62,930 bases of DNA, filler included, from Octopus bimaculoides (GCF_001194135.2; 6 parts of 6 records of this genome joined end to end with filler, not necessarily neighbours in it); one strand, 5' to 3'. Positions 1 through 11,872 are shown, numbered from the whole stretch's first letter. Program-made: numbers and translations. The notes: generated from the sequence alone by a model not told the origin.

Positions 1-72
1 ATATATATCTGTATGTATGTATATATATATATATCTGTATGTATGTATATGTGTGTGTTTATATATATGTTT

Positions 73-892
73 GGTCTGATCAATAAGTATTGAGACTGTT
101 GCTATAGTAACGAATGTAATGCACAGAAAGTGAAGTTGCGTGGCACAGATTGACCTTGAACTCTGCTGTGTATGTGTACTAAGTTTTAATGTTTTAGCTT
201 ACTGCCACTGTTTACAAGCAGTACTTGGAGGGAAGGTATGTAGCGTGTGATCATCTCATTGACCATGACAGAGAAAGCTGAGCAGGGAATCTACATCGAA
301 TTTTGCCAAAAGTTTGGCGATATCTGCTATGCAAAGCTTTGGACATTTTTCATCATTTTCCACACAATCAAGGAGATCTTGTGCAAGTGAAACTCACGTC
401 TCATACCTAAATCTTCAGTGATAATGGACTGAACTGAACCGTAATTAATTTGCACAATCTCTGATAACTCGCAGATGGTGATTCAATGATTTCCCCTCAC
501 AGTTGCACATTCATCTGTGATGTTTTTCTTAGTTCTGCTGGTTGAGGTCTCCCAAAATGCTCGTCAATATCAACATTTTTTGGGCCTTCTTGGAAATGTC
601 TGAACCACTTGTACACCTTATACACTCCCCTTCATACATTTTCTGCAACTTTCTGTAGGCCTCTGAGCAGGTATTGCTGTGACAACTTTCTCTGTCATGG
701 TCAATGCGATGATAACACACTACACACCTTACTTCCAAGCACTGCTGTAAACAGTGAAAGTGAGCTAAAACTTTAAAACTTAGTGCACATGCACTGCAGA
801 GTTCAAGGTCAATCTTTTCCAAGCAGCCTCACTCTACGTGCTTTAGTTTTGTTTCTATGGCTACAGTCCCAATACTTATCGATCAGACCTCG
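73..892. mobile_element. Mariner-derived fold-back element: two 5' ends of the same family in inverted orientation
   Basis: GGTCTGATC(A/G)ATAAGTAT terminal motif at 73 (+) and ending at 892 (-, followed by TA). About 240 bp of the two arms align. The minus copy encodes a decayed mariner N-terminal HTH (TCSEAYRKLQKMYEGEC). Confidence 0.8.
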
Positions 893-1744
893 TATGTGGC
901 TATGGGCAAGGAGAAATGATAGTTGAAGCTGAAAAAGAAAACCGCAAGTTGCTAAAAAGAGAATAGTAGGAGAGTACCCCAGTTTGAAATAGATCCACAT
1001 TGCAAGTTATTTTAGTGGTCTTCATGGCCAAGCCAAGCAATATGCACGCCAGTTTAAGAAAATAACATTATCTGAAAGTTCCTGGTTCAGACCTCACTAA
1101 AGATAGCATTTTGAAAACAACAGGAGGCCACCTAGGAGTCAAGACCTAGGTGAACCAAGGCCCCCCCCCCCTTCCCCCCGTGTCAGAAACTAATGGGCTG
1201 AAACACTTGCTTGATGGTAATTCTTCCTCTGAAGAGTTCTCTATTGCAAGTTTCTATTTACCAATCAAGTAGGAGTAGAGCCTATGTATGTATGTGTATT
1301 TAAGGAAAGTTATATTGTTTGCTCTGGAACACAGTATAATGGATGTTGAACCATATGGTCTATAGCTCAGTCTTAATCTTCCAGTCACTATGCCTCCTAG
1401 TGTATTCTACAATTTATTTCTTTATCTTAAGAATTGTAAATGTTTTTTTAAGAAAACATTTACAATGAGCTATGGGTGGCAGAATTGATTATGTTCTTTT
1501 GCATACTATTCAAATTTTATACAGGTTAACTTTGTCTTTCATTCTTTTTTTCTTTTTCTTTTTGTAACCTTGCAGATAGTAAATACTAATGAGAACAAAA
1601 ACTCAGGCACTTGAAAAAATACTCGTAAAAATTTAATTACAACGATAAAACTAAGCAAGTGTTAGTTGATCCCATGTGAACTCATCATATTATGTTAAAT
1701 ATGGACTAGTTCATGTTAGCAAGAGGAAAAGACAATTCTTGCCA

Positions 1745-2032
1745 TAAGCTTTCCAAAGCATGCTCAATGTCTCTGTAGCAGACTTTCCAAGTTTAACGCA
1801 AAATTTCACATTGGCACTTTGTTCCAACTTCCTGTCCATGACAAAAATCGCAGACTACAACATACATGTGATCACAAAAACACAAATTTCACAACTTACA
1901 AAGTAAACATAGTGATGTCACTTGGCACACTGCCTCATGAAGATCACTGGTAGCTCTCACTCCACACAACCATGTGCTGTCATCTGTTGGCATGCTACAG
2001 AACTAGTCTAGGAACTTTTTGATACAACCTCA
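1745..2032 (-). mobile_element. Mariner 5' fragment (second family)
   Basis: TIR-like GAGGTTGTATCAAAAAGTTCC next to TA. The ATG at 1839 begins MDRKLEQSANVKFCVKLGKSATETLSMLWKAYG, a typical mariner transposase start. Confidence 0.8.
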
Positions 2033-3050
2033 TATAACAAATTAATTACAAAGATGAGACTAGGCAAGAATCAGTTGATTCCATGTGAACTCATCAAATC
2101 ACATTAAATACAGACCAGTTTGTGTTGGTAGGAGAAAAGAACCACTCTTATCTATTTTCTGCTGGTTCTTAACTCTTTTGAGGTCAATAAGATAAATATC
2201 AGTTAAGTACTGGATTTATTATTTAATTGACTACACCTCTGATACAGGTCAAATCCTCATGTGCCTCTTGGCCTATTTCAAATATCAACAAAAGAATCTT
2301 GACTTATTTGAAATTGCAAATCTTTTAAATTACACCTTATGGCCCATAAAGAAGGAACATGTTGGATAAAGAAGTCATAGATATAAAAAAAGAAGAGATA
2401 GTCATGATAGGAATACCTTTGATTTGGGGCTAAACGATGACGACAACTAATGCATTCAAATTATATCATTTGTTTATTACTACTTTGAAGATAGAATCAG
2501 TAGAGCAACAACAAAATAGCTCTTGGTATTTGGTTATGTTCTTTTGTATTTTGTCTGAGTTCAGATCCTACCCATGTTTATTTTCCCTTTCATACTTTGA
2601 GTTGATGAAAGAAATACTGAGGTTAATGTAATCAACAGCCTAATGAACAAAAACAATGTATGTTAAAATCTCCTGCCCAGAATATGCAGCCAAATGCCTG
2701 CAACATATTAGAACATCCAAATTTTGAGCAGATAGTTTAATACTACACTTTTGTGGCTTTAGAGCTGTACTTAGGTAAAAGTATATTCATGTAATTCTGT
2801 AGGTGTGTATGTGGTATTTCACTTTTACTCATAGGGTATACATACAAGAAAATTTGAATATTTCTTAATGGCTGTGTACTTGATTATGTTAAAAATGTAA
2901 TGTTACTTAAAGAGTTGTAGTACCAAAAATGGAATTTCTAATACTTAAAAATAAAATGTAATAGTTTAATTATTGAATATTTGATAATGAATAACTGGCA
3001 TTTTTTTACCAACTTGTTTTGTGTTTATTTTTCAGGACTAACTGTGCAAC

Positions 3051-3071
3051 ATGCTGACTGCTGCTCTCTGA
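3051..3071 (+). promoter_or_regulatory. Upstream ORF (MLTAAL*) whose TGA overlaps the GPBP1 ATG (TGATG)
   Basis: ATG CTG ACT GCT GCT CTC TGA at 3051-3071, inside the same exon as the main start codon. Confidence 0.6.
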
Positions 3072-3142
3072 TGGCAACTAGTAACGTGCCAAGGCATGAC
3101 TTTGCTCCATCTTGGCTTAAGATTCCATCTCAAGAGAATCTT
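3071..3142 (+). CDS. GPBP1: First coding exon of a GPBP1/vasculin-like gene (MATSNVPRHDFAPSWLKIPSQENL); full exon is 3036-3142
   Basis: HDFAPSWLKIP matches the conserved vasculin N-terminal motif (human GPBP1 begins MAQHDFAPAWLNFP). Polypyrimidine acceptor ...gtttatttttcag| ends at 3035 and a phase-0 donor |gtaagt starts at 3143. Downstream conserved vasculin motifs (FPSL, MGW, PLTEDE) were not found, so the rest of the gene is not identifiable in this window. Confidence 0.85.
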
Positions 3143-3176
3143 GTAAGTATACTATTGTTATTATTGTTTTTACTGT

Positions 3177-3397
3177 AAGGTGGCAAGCTGGTAGAATTGC
3201 TAACACACTGGACAAAATGCTTTGTGGTATGTCATCCATTATATGTTCTGAATTTAAATTCTGCAGAGGTCAACTTTGTCTCTCATTCTTTCAGGGTTGA
3301 TGAAATAAGTACCAGCTAAGTACTGGTGGTCGATGTATTCAACTAACCCTCTCCCCCAAATTTCAGGCTTTGTTCCTATTGTAGAAAGGATTATTAT
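3177..3397 (+). mobile_element. tRNA-derived SINE, family B (central GAGGTCAACTTTG..TTTCAT..TTTC.GGG..GAT.AAATAAGTACCAG core, Meta/MESC-like)
   Basis: The same core recurs at about 11880-12100, 40340-40520, 40810-41020, 46720-47375, 55560-55770 and 60205-60372. Confidence 0.75.
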
Positions 3398-3879
3398 GTG
3401 ACTATTGTTGTTGTAAAGGTAGTGAAATAGCAGGAATGGTTAAATGCTGGATTTATGACCAAATACAGCTGAGACTGAATTTACTTTTCATATCTTTCAG
3501 TCATTTAAATAACTGTTAGACACAGACTGGCATCAATCATTGTACTTCACTGTACCCCACTGATCTTCACCTGCAAGTAAGTTCTAATGTGGGGAATTGT
3601 AACTGGATTATGGCAGACACAGTCTTTTTAAAGATAAACAATTTACAATTTAAATTGTGCTTTTATAATATCAGTAATGTTATTTTGAATGGGGTCTCAA
3701 TGAAGCACTGGATGATTCATTATTATTTCACTAGCATACCTGCGTTACCAAAAATACCGACAGTTCTATTTATGATAGAAAATGGTGCATCACAACGATG
3801 AGAGAAACAATTGATAAATGTCAGCAATCAAGTAAATATATGTGACACTTGCTTACAACTATTGCCTGATGTCAATATC

Positions 3880-4985
3880 ACTTGTTTTTATTTTTTGAGA
3901 TATATTTGTCAAATTTGGATCAGTTTGTCTTCTTGACATGTTCTGTTGATCTCACTCAATGAACCCACCTTTGGCCTCAAAGGCAACCTCAGATTCAGCC
4001 ACAGGCCTTCATCACTATTCCTCATTTTAGGCCCCTGAAGGCCCTGATAAATCCAAGCTCTCAGCTTGTCCTTTGTGTGGAAGCTGGATTTGTTGGTCTC
4101 TCATTCCATTGCACCCCACACAAAGAAGTCAAGGTGGTTGCAGTCAGGTGAGTTGGGAGGCCAATTGTCAGGTGCTGTGTGATCAAAGAAATTCTCCAAC
4201 AGCCAGGCCTGGGTCTTTGGCTGGTGTAGCAAGGCCCAGTCTTGCTGTCACACATACAGCCTCCCTGCAGCTACCCAGTTGATCTAGAACTTCACCTTGC
4301 TCAGAACATGGATGTAGCCATTGGTGTTCATTGAAGCTCTCAGTTAAGAAGTGGGGTGGCATGACATCACCTTCACTGCTGATGGCATTGAAGACCCTGA
4401 TTGATGCTGGAAATTTCATCTGCATGATTCTGGGTATGTACTTGAGTGAGACAGCAAGCCATTTGTTGTTCTGGAAGTTGATACCTTGGATTTGGCAGAA
4501 ATTCTCTTCAAAAGAAACACAGCATGTCTGACTCCAGTGGGTGTTTCAGCTTGTTGATCAGATTCTGGGTGTGCTTGAGTCGCTTTTCATGCATTGCCTT
4601 GGGCAGAAATTGTCCCTTCTTCATGTATGAAAAGTAACAAATGCTCTCATGCACCACCAGCCTGATGAGCTTTTCATCCACACCTTTCTCCTATGCAATA
4701 GCATGCATCAACTTGCTGGGATCATTGGTGGTGATATCCTGGATTTCAGTGATGAATTCCAGCATTGTGATCGTGTCAGATCAATCATGAGTTTTCCTCT
4801 CTGCTGCCATTTTGTAGTTGACTCCTGAATCTTCCATCTCTTTTCTGATGTTTTCCACCATTCTTCTGCTGACGTTGAAGAAGCCTGAAATCTCCTTGTT
4901 TGTCCTTCCAGCACAGATTCCATGGAGGACTCCATGCCTCTTCCACAAATTTGGTGGTGGGGTTCAAAATTTTCCATAATCAATT
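3880..4985 (-). mobile_element. Decayed, near full-length maT (DD37D-type) Tc1/mariner-superfamily transposase
   Basis: Frameshifted fragments KLKHPLESDML, MKFPASIRVFNAISSEGDVMPPHF and WPPNSPDCNHLDFFVWGAMERETNK. Confidence 0.8.
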
Positions 4986-5738
4986 ATTCTGCAATAAATA
5001 AATAAATAAATAAATAAATAAAAATAGTTACTGCTTTTAAGAAGAAAAAACTGACAGCAAAAGTAAAAAAGGTATGTGTAAAATTAGCAGTTGAAAATTG
5101 CAAATGAAATTGCATGTACATTGTATAAATGTACATACATATNNNNNNNNNNNNNNNNNNNNNNNNNNNNNNNNNNNNNNNNNNNNNNNNNNNNNNNNNN
5201 NNNNNNNNNNNNNNNNNNNNNNNNNNNNNNNNNNNNNNNNNNNNNNNNNCCTGTAAAAGTATAGGACAAGCTATTATTTCTAGTAAAGTAAAGAATGAGA
5301 AACTTTTTACTTAAAATATTGCAGCAAAGAATGCCAGTTCTTCTAATTTATCACTCTTTACTGTTCTCATCTTTTAAATTTATTGTACAAAACTGTTCAG
5401 CTAATTTGTAAGTAGTCACTTTTTTCTGTATTTAAGGTAGTAAATTAGCCAAATTCTATTTAAATAAGTATAGTGTTATTTGTAAACTATAATAAAATAG
5501 GTTTTAATATTCAAATTTTAATTTTAAGCTGCAATGTTTTAAGTAAAAAGTTTTTATATACCTTAGACCTGCCACCTTATTGTTTTTTGTCAAGAGTTTC
5601 ATCTGCCATTCGTTATGTCAGTCAACACACACTAACACATCATTCCACTGTTGTGGCTGTACAGACAGAAAGTTGCTGATGCATAATGTTGTTCACATTA
5701 GGATATAAATTATACATTTATTTCAAATACAATAGAAG

Positions 5739-5872
5739 TAAGATGATCTTAGTGTTATCACATTAGAATGAAAAGTGAAACAATAAAAGTGGAACAATAT
5801 TAAAAGAAATAAGATGATCTTCGTGTTATCACATTAGAATGAAAAGTGAAAGAATAAAAGTGAAACAATATT
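5739..5872. repeat. Local 71-bp tandem duplication
   Basis: AGATGATCTT(A/C)GTGTTATCACATTAGAATGAAAAGTGAAA occurs at 5741 and 5812. Confidence 0.85.
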
Positions 5873-7197
5873 ATATCACATTACAATATAGATCTTATTC
5901 CTTCATTTTTGATATGTAACACCAAACCAGTGCCTATGTTATATTGTTTTATCCAAATGAAAAAAAAAATTACATGTTGACACTCACTGGGTCTGATATT
6001 ATTACCTTGTAAAAATTTGATTTGATTTGGTCAAGCTGCTTGAGAGTGCATAGGGAATAAACAGACAAAGAATTTTATATATATATATAGACAAGGAAGT
6101 CAATTTGTAGACAGAACTTACAAACCCTGTTTGAATGTATAAAGCTCTAGAAGAAAATAGCTTGACTGAAAAAACTTGAGCCACTTTAGGAAAGCTTTTT
6201 CTAATGCATGACCTCTCAGTGGCGTGGTTGATATCTCATTGGTTAGTAATAAAAGCTTATCAGCTGTATCTGGCCCATAGCAGTCATACATATGCATGTG
6301 CGACCACATGCACAATGTTTTTTGATAGAGGGAGAAATGTAAATAGTGTATTTAAATAGATGGAGTGCAGAAAATTTAAAATAAGTAATGTTGTAAGGAG
6401 AATGTACAAATACCATAAAGACAAACATATTTACGCATGACAAAATTGAAATACACTGGTCAATTTTTAAGCATATATGGCAAAACTGAATTTAAACACA
6501 CTGGGTGAACAAAAATTAAAAATAAATTATTTTTCAGAGAGAACATACAAAAACTGTAACGAGATTTTTACGCATGACTAATTGAAATGCACAGAAGGCA
6601 ATTTGTAGACAGGAGTTAGTGTGTGAGTGAGAGAGAGAGAAAGAAAGACATAGACTAAAAGAAAGGTACTATTACAGAGGGTGAGAGAGAATATGTGTAA
6701 GCAAGAGGAAAGAGAAATAAACAGAGAGAGAAGGGAGAGAATCAGTTGAAAACTGCAGAAATTTTTTGAGAAAGACGTGTAAAACACCGTTTTTCCAGTT
6801 TCTTACTTTAATCAGAAACTCTGGGATAAATCTTATAGTGCATGACCATCCTTGGCACATAAGTAATGTGTGTGTGTAAAGTCTAGTGAAAATCTGTTGA
6901 AAACTGTAGAAATGCATACGTACTACACATACAAACACTTGCACACACAGACATCCTTTATATAGAACCATTTCGTCCCTACTTTCAAGTTCGTGCCTCA
7001 CAGCGTTCATACACAAACAATTTTTCTCGTCTGGCCGTAAAGCCTTTTCTGTTTGTTTTCCTGTCTTGTTTTTTGTCCACCACGACATTCCTCCATGGCA
7101 CAGGTTTAATTTGTGTATACAAATTAAATTTGCGGTCCATGGGAAGAGCCGTTTTAACGATGTGTCCTGCCCAACTCTTCGAAACGCCGGTGTTAAA

Positions 7198-7297
7198 NNN
7201 NNNNNNNNNNNNNNNNNNNNNNNNNNNNNNNNNNNNNNNNNTTAATTAATTAANNNNNNNNNNNNNNNNNNNNNNNNNNNNNNNNNNNNNNNNNNNN
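7198..7297. other. Assembly join spacer: 44 N + TTAATTAATTAA + 44 N
   Basis: An identical 100-bp construct is at 32080-32179, 39366-39465, 60095-60194 and 61566-61665. TTAATTAATTAA has stop codons in all six frames. Confidence 0.95.
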
Positions 7298-7690
7298 ATA
7301 TATATAGGATGAGAAAAGATTATTAACAAAGTGATGAGAATTATTAACAAGGTGATAAGAACTGGAAACTACTCTCAATAGTTGACCAATTCTAGCACCA
7401 CCAAGCTATGTCATTAGTACCAACATCATTTCCACTGCAGTGGACAGCAACAATAACAGACCACTGTGGGGTGATTGTTAAGATTATCCCAAAGAATGGT
7501 TAGAACTCATCACCCTGGCAAAAAAAAAAAAAAAGGAAAGCCAAAAGTAGCCAAGTGATTTGTGCAAAAGGAATGAAAGAATATTGCCTTAGCCAGCTCT
7601 AAGATGTTTGGAAAACTACAGAGAAATGCATGGAGACATACAGATGTATAGGTACTACAAGTTGGCAAGTAGAAATGTCAGCACACATAC

Positions 7691-7816
7691 ATGATGGTGG
7701 TGATGATGCTATTTTTGCCATTCCTGTCATTGCTGTTGTTGGTGATTTTGTTGAATTGACATTAATGGGTGAGGCTTCCCTCTTTTCTTCTCTGCTGAGG
7801 GCAGAAATCCCATGAT
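7691..7816 (-). CDS. Candidate internal exon of an unidentified Ser/Pro-rich protein (DHGISALSREEKREASPINVNSTKSPTTAMTGMAKIASSPPS)
   Basis: Acceptor ...gctttag| and donor |gtatgt, 126 nt, phase 1-1, with only one open frame. It chains in phase with a strong T-rich acceptor ending at 7515 (next exon starts at 7514, T|GG TGA). No homology recognised. Confidence 0.4.
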
Positions 7817-8002
7817 CTAAAGCTATTTTAGTAATAAGTGTCCCATGAGTGTGGTTATGAAGTTCACATTGCAAGCACATTGGTTTCAGGTTCAAGAACA
7901 CTGCACAGTACTTTGAGGAAGTGTTTTTTAGTATAGTCTCAGGGTTGACTAATGCCCTGTGACTGAATTTAATTAATGGAAATTATACAAAAGCCAGTTA
8001 TA

Positions 8003-8216
8003 TGAGGGGATGCTAAAAAGTTCCTAGCTTTAAGGGTATTGCAAAAGGCCTAGTTGGAGGCCCAAACTTTTGAGTTCTTTTATAGGGTTTAGAAAAACTG
8101 AAGGATTGCTGCAAAAAAGTGAGTCTGAGAGGGGAATATGTAGAGTAAAATCGTAATTAACTGATCCTCCTGTATTTTCTTTTATCCAAAGCCAGGAACT
8201 TTTCTGCACTCCCTCG
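8003..8216. mobile_element. Mariner-type MITE with TA target duplication
   Basis: Imperfect TIRs (TGAGGGGATGCTAAAAAGTTCCTAGC / GCCAGGAACTTTTCTGCACTCCCTCG) flanked by TA. A second copy is at 31238-31441. Confidence 0.85.
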
Positions 8217-8490
8217 TATACATACATACGTACATACATATATATATACTATTGAACCTTGGGAGGGGCATTATGTTGGTAATAATAAACACACACACTG
8301 GTGCCTCTCCCAAAGTTCAATAGTATTTCTTTCAACACATGAATTCACATCAAGAATCTTGCAAACCAAACACAAATACGAACTATATATACATACATAC
8401 ATACATACATAGATAAAGATATATATATTTTAACAGAATGAGATAAAAATCCAAGGCTGTGAAAGATTTCAGAATATTTATAAATAGAAG

Positions 8491-8538
8491 GTCTTACAGC
8501 TGTTTCTGGGATATTTTATATATCCCTTCATTGGAGAC
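8491..8538 (-). ncRNA. Degenerate minimal type I hammerhead ribozyme in a Penelope-type remnant
   Basis: GUCU C-CAAUGA A GGGAUAU-AUAAA-AUAUCCC A GAAA CAGCUG UA AGAC. Stems I and II and palindromic stem III are intact; the core reads CCAAUGA instead of CUGAUGA. Confidence 0.65.
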
Positions 8539-8836
8539 AGTGTGAGAAAATGGTTAAGCAATAGTTATTCTAGATAAGATATGAAATAGAGAGTGAAGTG
8601 GAGGAATGAAAATAGATGTGAGATATGCAGGGATATTGTATCTGCAGTTCCATTATTTAGGCAGAATGGTATATGTATAAGATTCCTGTACCTTGTGAGT
8701 TATATAAATAAGTAAATATAGGGGAAAGCAAGTTAGACAGATCAATATATAAAGTGTGTTAAATACATGAAACAAAAAAATGTATATATATATATATATA
8801 TATGTGTGTATATATATAAAAAGGTCTGACTTACAC

Positions 8837-9454
8837 AGAATACAAATAATATGGAGAATTAAAGGGTTTGAGGAAAAGTATTACAAATCCAACAGCTATT
8901 TCTGGGGGCTCTTTTGTTTCTCTACATACTTTAATAATCTCCCTCATCCATCGAACTAATCACCTTAGCTCCCTCAGATAATGGCCATTTCCTTTTCTCA
9001 TTATCTCAAACATTAGTTCTATTATTTTTATGGAGACCTAACACAACTGACTATCATTCACATACTGCCTACTCCACCCTCTCCTCATCCTCTTACCCTC
9101 CACATCTACTACTACTACTACTACTCTCTACTAGCCTCTTTATTAACTCTTGAACTATATTTCCACTCTTGAACTATATTTTCTCCTCTCATTATTCGCT
9201 ATCTGAATACCTCCCCGATTCCCCGCTTTAATACACTTAGCTCTCCACATTCACTCATTCCATCTTCAAACTTCTTTCCTTTAACATCTGAAATGTAAGA
9301 TCTCTTCCCTGAAGACAGAGGCTCGTCACATCAATCTGTAAACATTAGAATCAATCCACAAACATTATTATGGACCACCAAGCCCCCAGAAACAGCTGTT
9401 GGATTTGTAATACTTTTCCTCGACCTTTTTAATTCTCCAGATCATTTGTATTCT
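8837..9454. mobile_element. Penelope-like non-autonomous remnant with about 74-bp inverted terminal repeats
   Basis: 8837-8910 and 9381-9454 are reverse complements at high identity and contain the hammerhead 3' half (CCCCCAGAAACAGCTGTTGGATT). The interior is C/T-rich. Confidence 0.6.
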
Positions 9455-9800
9455 TTTTTTATCGTTTACATATATACATTTTTTGTATTTCATGTATTTA
9501 ATATACTTTATATATTGATCTATCTAACTTGCTTATCTTTATATTTACTGCTCTATGCTTAGTAGTGTTCAAGAAATTTAAACTTCAGCAGGCATTCTAT
9601 ATGAAAAATATCTGGATCTCTCTCTATATATATAGCAAAATAATTGAGATTCCGATGAAGTAGGTGCTTAAGTTGAAGCACCGAAAATTAGTGCGGTATT
9701 AACCATAAAGTGTACAAAGATTTGATAAACAAGACTAATAAATTAAAACTGAACCAAAATCTGTGACAAGCTATGGCCATAACAATTTTTTTTCCTGATG

Positions 9801-9910
9801 TCTTAGAAGCTTCTAAGCTGAAGTGAATGAAATATATATGTATATATATATATATATATACATATAAATATACATGTAACTATATATAAGTATTGATATG
9901 TATATGAGTA

Positions 9911-9947
<37 letters not shown>

Positions 9948-9978
9948 TGTTTTCACTTCAGCTTAGAAGCTTCTAAGA
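9801..9978. repeat. Perfect 27-bp inverted repeat flanking a (TA)n-rich core (MITE-like)
   Basis: TCTTAGAAGCTTCTAAGCTGAAGTGAA at 9801-9827 and its exact reverse complement at 9952-9978. Confidence 0.85.
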
Positions 9979-11459
9979 TTTTGTCTGTCTTCTTATCCCT
10001 TATCCTCTTAGAGGATTTAAGTAAAATTATACAAATATGTCCAACTGATTAAATGAGTTCAATCCATTTATGCAGCTGAGGATAGCCCTGCATTTAGATT
10101 GATGTAATGATTGCATTGTTCAATTAAATGGAGCTGCTTGAAACAGTCATACTGCATCACCTCTGGATATCCTGTTGCCTATTTTGATTATATATATATA
10201 TATATATATGTGCATACACACACACTCAACTGTAAATGGGTAACCCTATGATGGAATAGCCTTATGATCAGGGGCAATGTTGGCTTACTTGCCCAGCCAG
10301 TAGGTTGGCATCATTCAAAGGCTGAAGCATTGTGAATCACATTGTGACCAGTGATGTATAACAACATCTGATAGCCTGATCAATACCATGATACTTTGAT
10401 ATATACATAAATACATACATACCTGTATGTGTATTTGAGTTTGTCATCATTTGATGACAAGTGTAGGTTTGTTTACATCCTCATAAATTAGCAGTTTGGC
10501 AAAGAGAAAAAAAGGAGACTGCTAGGATAAGTATCATGCTTAAGGTAAGTATGGTGGGGAGGTAAATCTCAACTGAAAAAAAAAATCCCCTTAAGATGGA
10601 GCTCCAGCTAATTCACAGTCCAAAGTAAAAGAACAACTGACTACATAGAACCTTTCTTATTGGTTAGTCAGAGCTTGTTTTCTAGTTAATGTTGTCTATT
10701 CACTTTTCTGATGTCATTTATTTATACCTCCTACATGAAAAAAGAAGCAAAAATATTGAATGTCACACCTTTTTTCCATTCAGCAGTGAAATATCTTACA
10801 CTTGACTGTTCCTATTATTTACTTAACAACAACAACAACAACAGCAACAGCAACAACAACAACAACAACAACAACAACAAGAATGTAAAATCTATCCAGG
10901 AGTATTTTGTGTTGATGAAAGATATTATGTATGACTGAAATATTATGTACGCAATACATTGCAATATTTGAATATTTCCCTGAGGCTAAAAAAAGAAGTC
11001 ATTACATGAAGGCATTGGATTGAGAGGATCAGTGGAGCACTGGACGTAATGACTAACAAATATTCTGTTGTACCTGCCACTAAGTGCTCAGTTCAAATCC
11101 TAACCTTGTTTTTCATCCTTCAGGTAATGTTAAAATAAAAGTACTAGAGGTTGATACATATTACTGTCATGTATCCTTAGAAGTGAGTGGAATGCAAATT
11201 GGTCCTTACGACTATTCCTCCAAACCATAGTTTGCAATTTCAGCCAAGTGGAGAGTCAAACAAAATGCTATGCAGTATTTATTCCAGCTCTTTAAATTCT
11301 ATGTTCAAATACTGCTGAAGCCAACTTTGTCTTTTGTTTTTTTGTGGGATGTGATGAAATGAAATACCAGTTAAGTACTGGAGACAATAGCGTCGGCTAA
11401 TCCCACTACACTAAATTTCAAGCCTTTGTGCATTTGCAAGAAACAATTATCACCATCAT

Positions 11460-11841
11460 CACCTCTGCCTTAATGAAGGCGGAGGTATTGTTTTCAGTCG
11501 TGTTTGTTTGTCCATGGACAAGATATCTCAAGAACTGCTGGGTGGATTTGGAGGTATTGCTTGCCGCCATGTTTGTTTGTTTGCTTGTTTGTCCATGGAC
11601 AAGATAGCTCAAGAACTGCTGGATGGATTTGGGTGAAAATTTCAGAGATGCTTGGCCTCGTAACTGGTACAAACTGATTAAATTTTGGGATTCTGATTTT
11701 TTTTACTTTTGAAAGCTGTTGGGTTCATTTTTAGTATTCTCGTTTGTGAGAGCAGTCGAGGTTATTTCAGATATTCTCATTTTAAAAGTCATCGACTAAT
11801 TGCTGAGAGGACGTTGGTGTTGCCTTGGCAGAGGTTTGTGC

Positions 11842-11842
<1 letters not shown>
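11460..11842 (+). mobile_element. Non-autonomous Helentron-associated (HINE/DINE-1-like) element
   Basis: 5' hairpin CCTCTGCCTT-AATG-AAGGCGGAGG, internal GTTT microsatellite, GATGGATTT..GAAAATTTTCAG..TGATTAAATTTTGG block, and 3' subterminal repeat CCTTGGCAGAGGT. Confidence 0.55.

Positions 11843-11872
<30 letters not shown>

Noticed and set aside
1578-1640. Strong acceptor suggesting a GPBP1 5' UTR exon
   Set aside because: The pyrimidine tract is part of a decayed SINE core and no matching donor was found.
7150-7197. TTTAAC...GAAACGCCGG..GTTAAA, a possible hammerhead
   Set aside because: No CUGANGA core and no stem II; it is truncated by the join.
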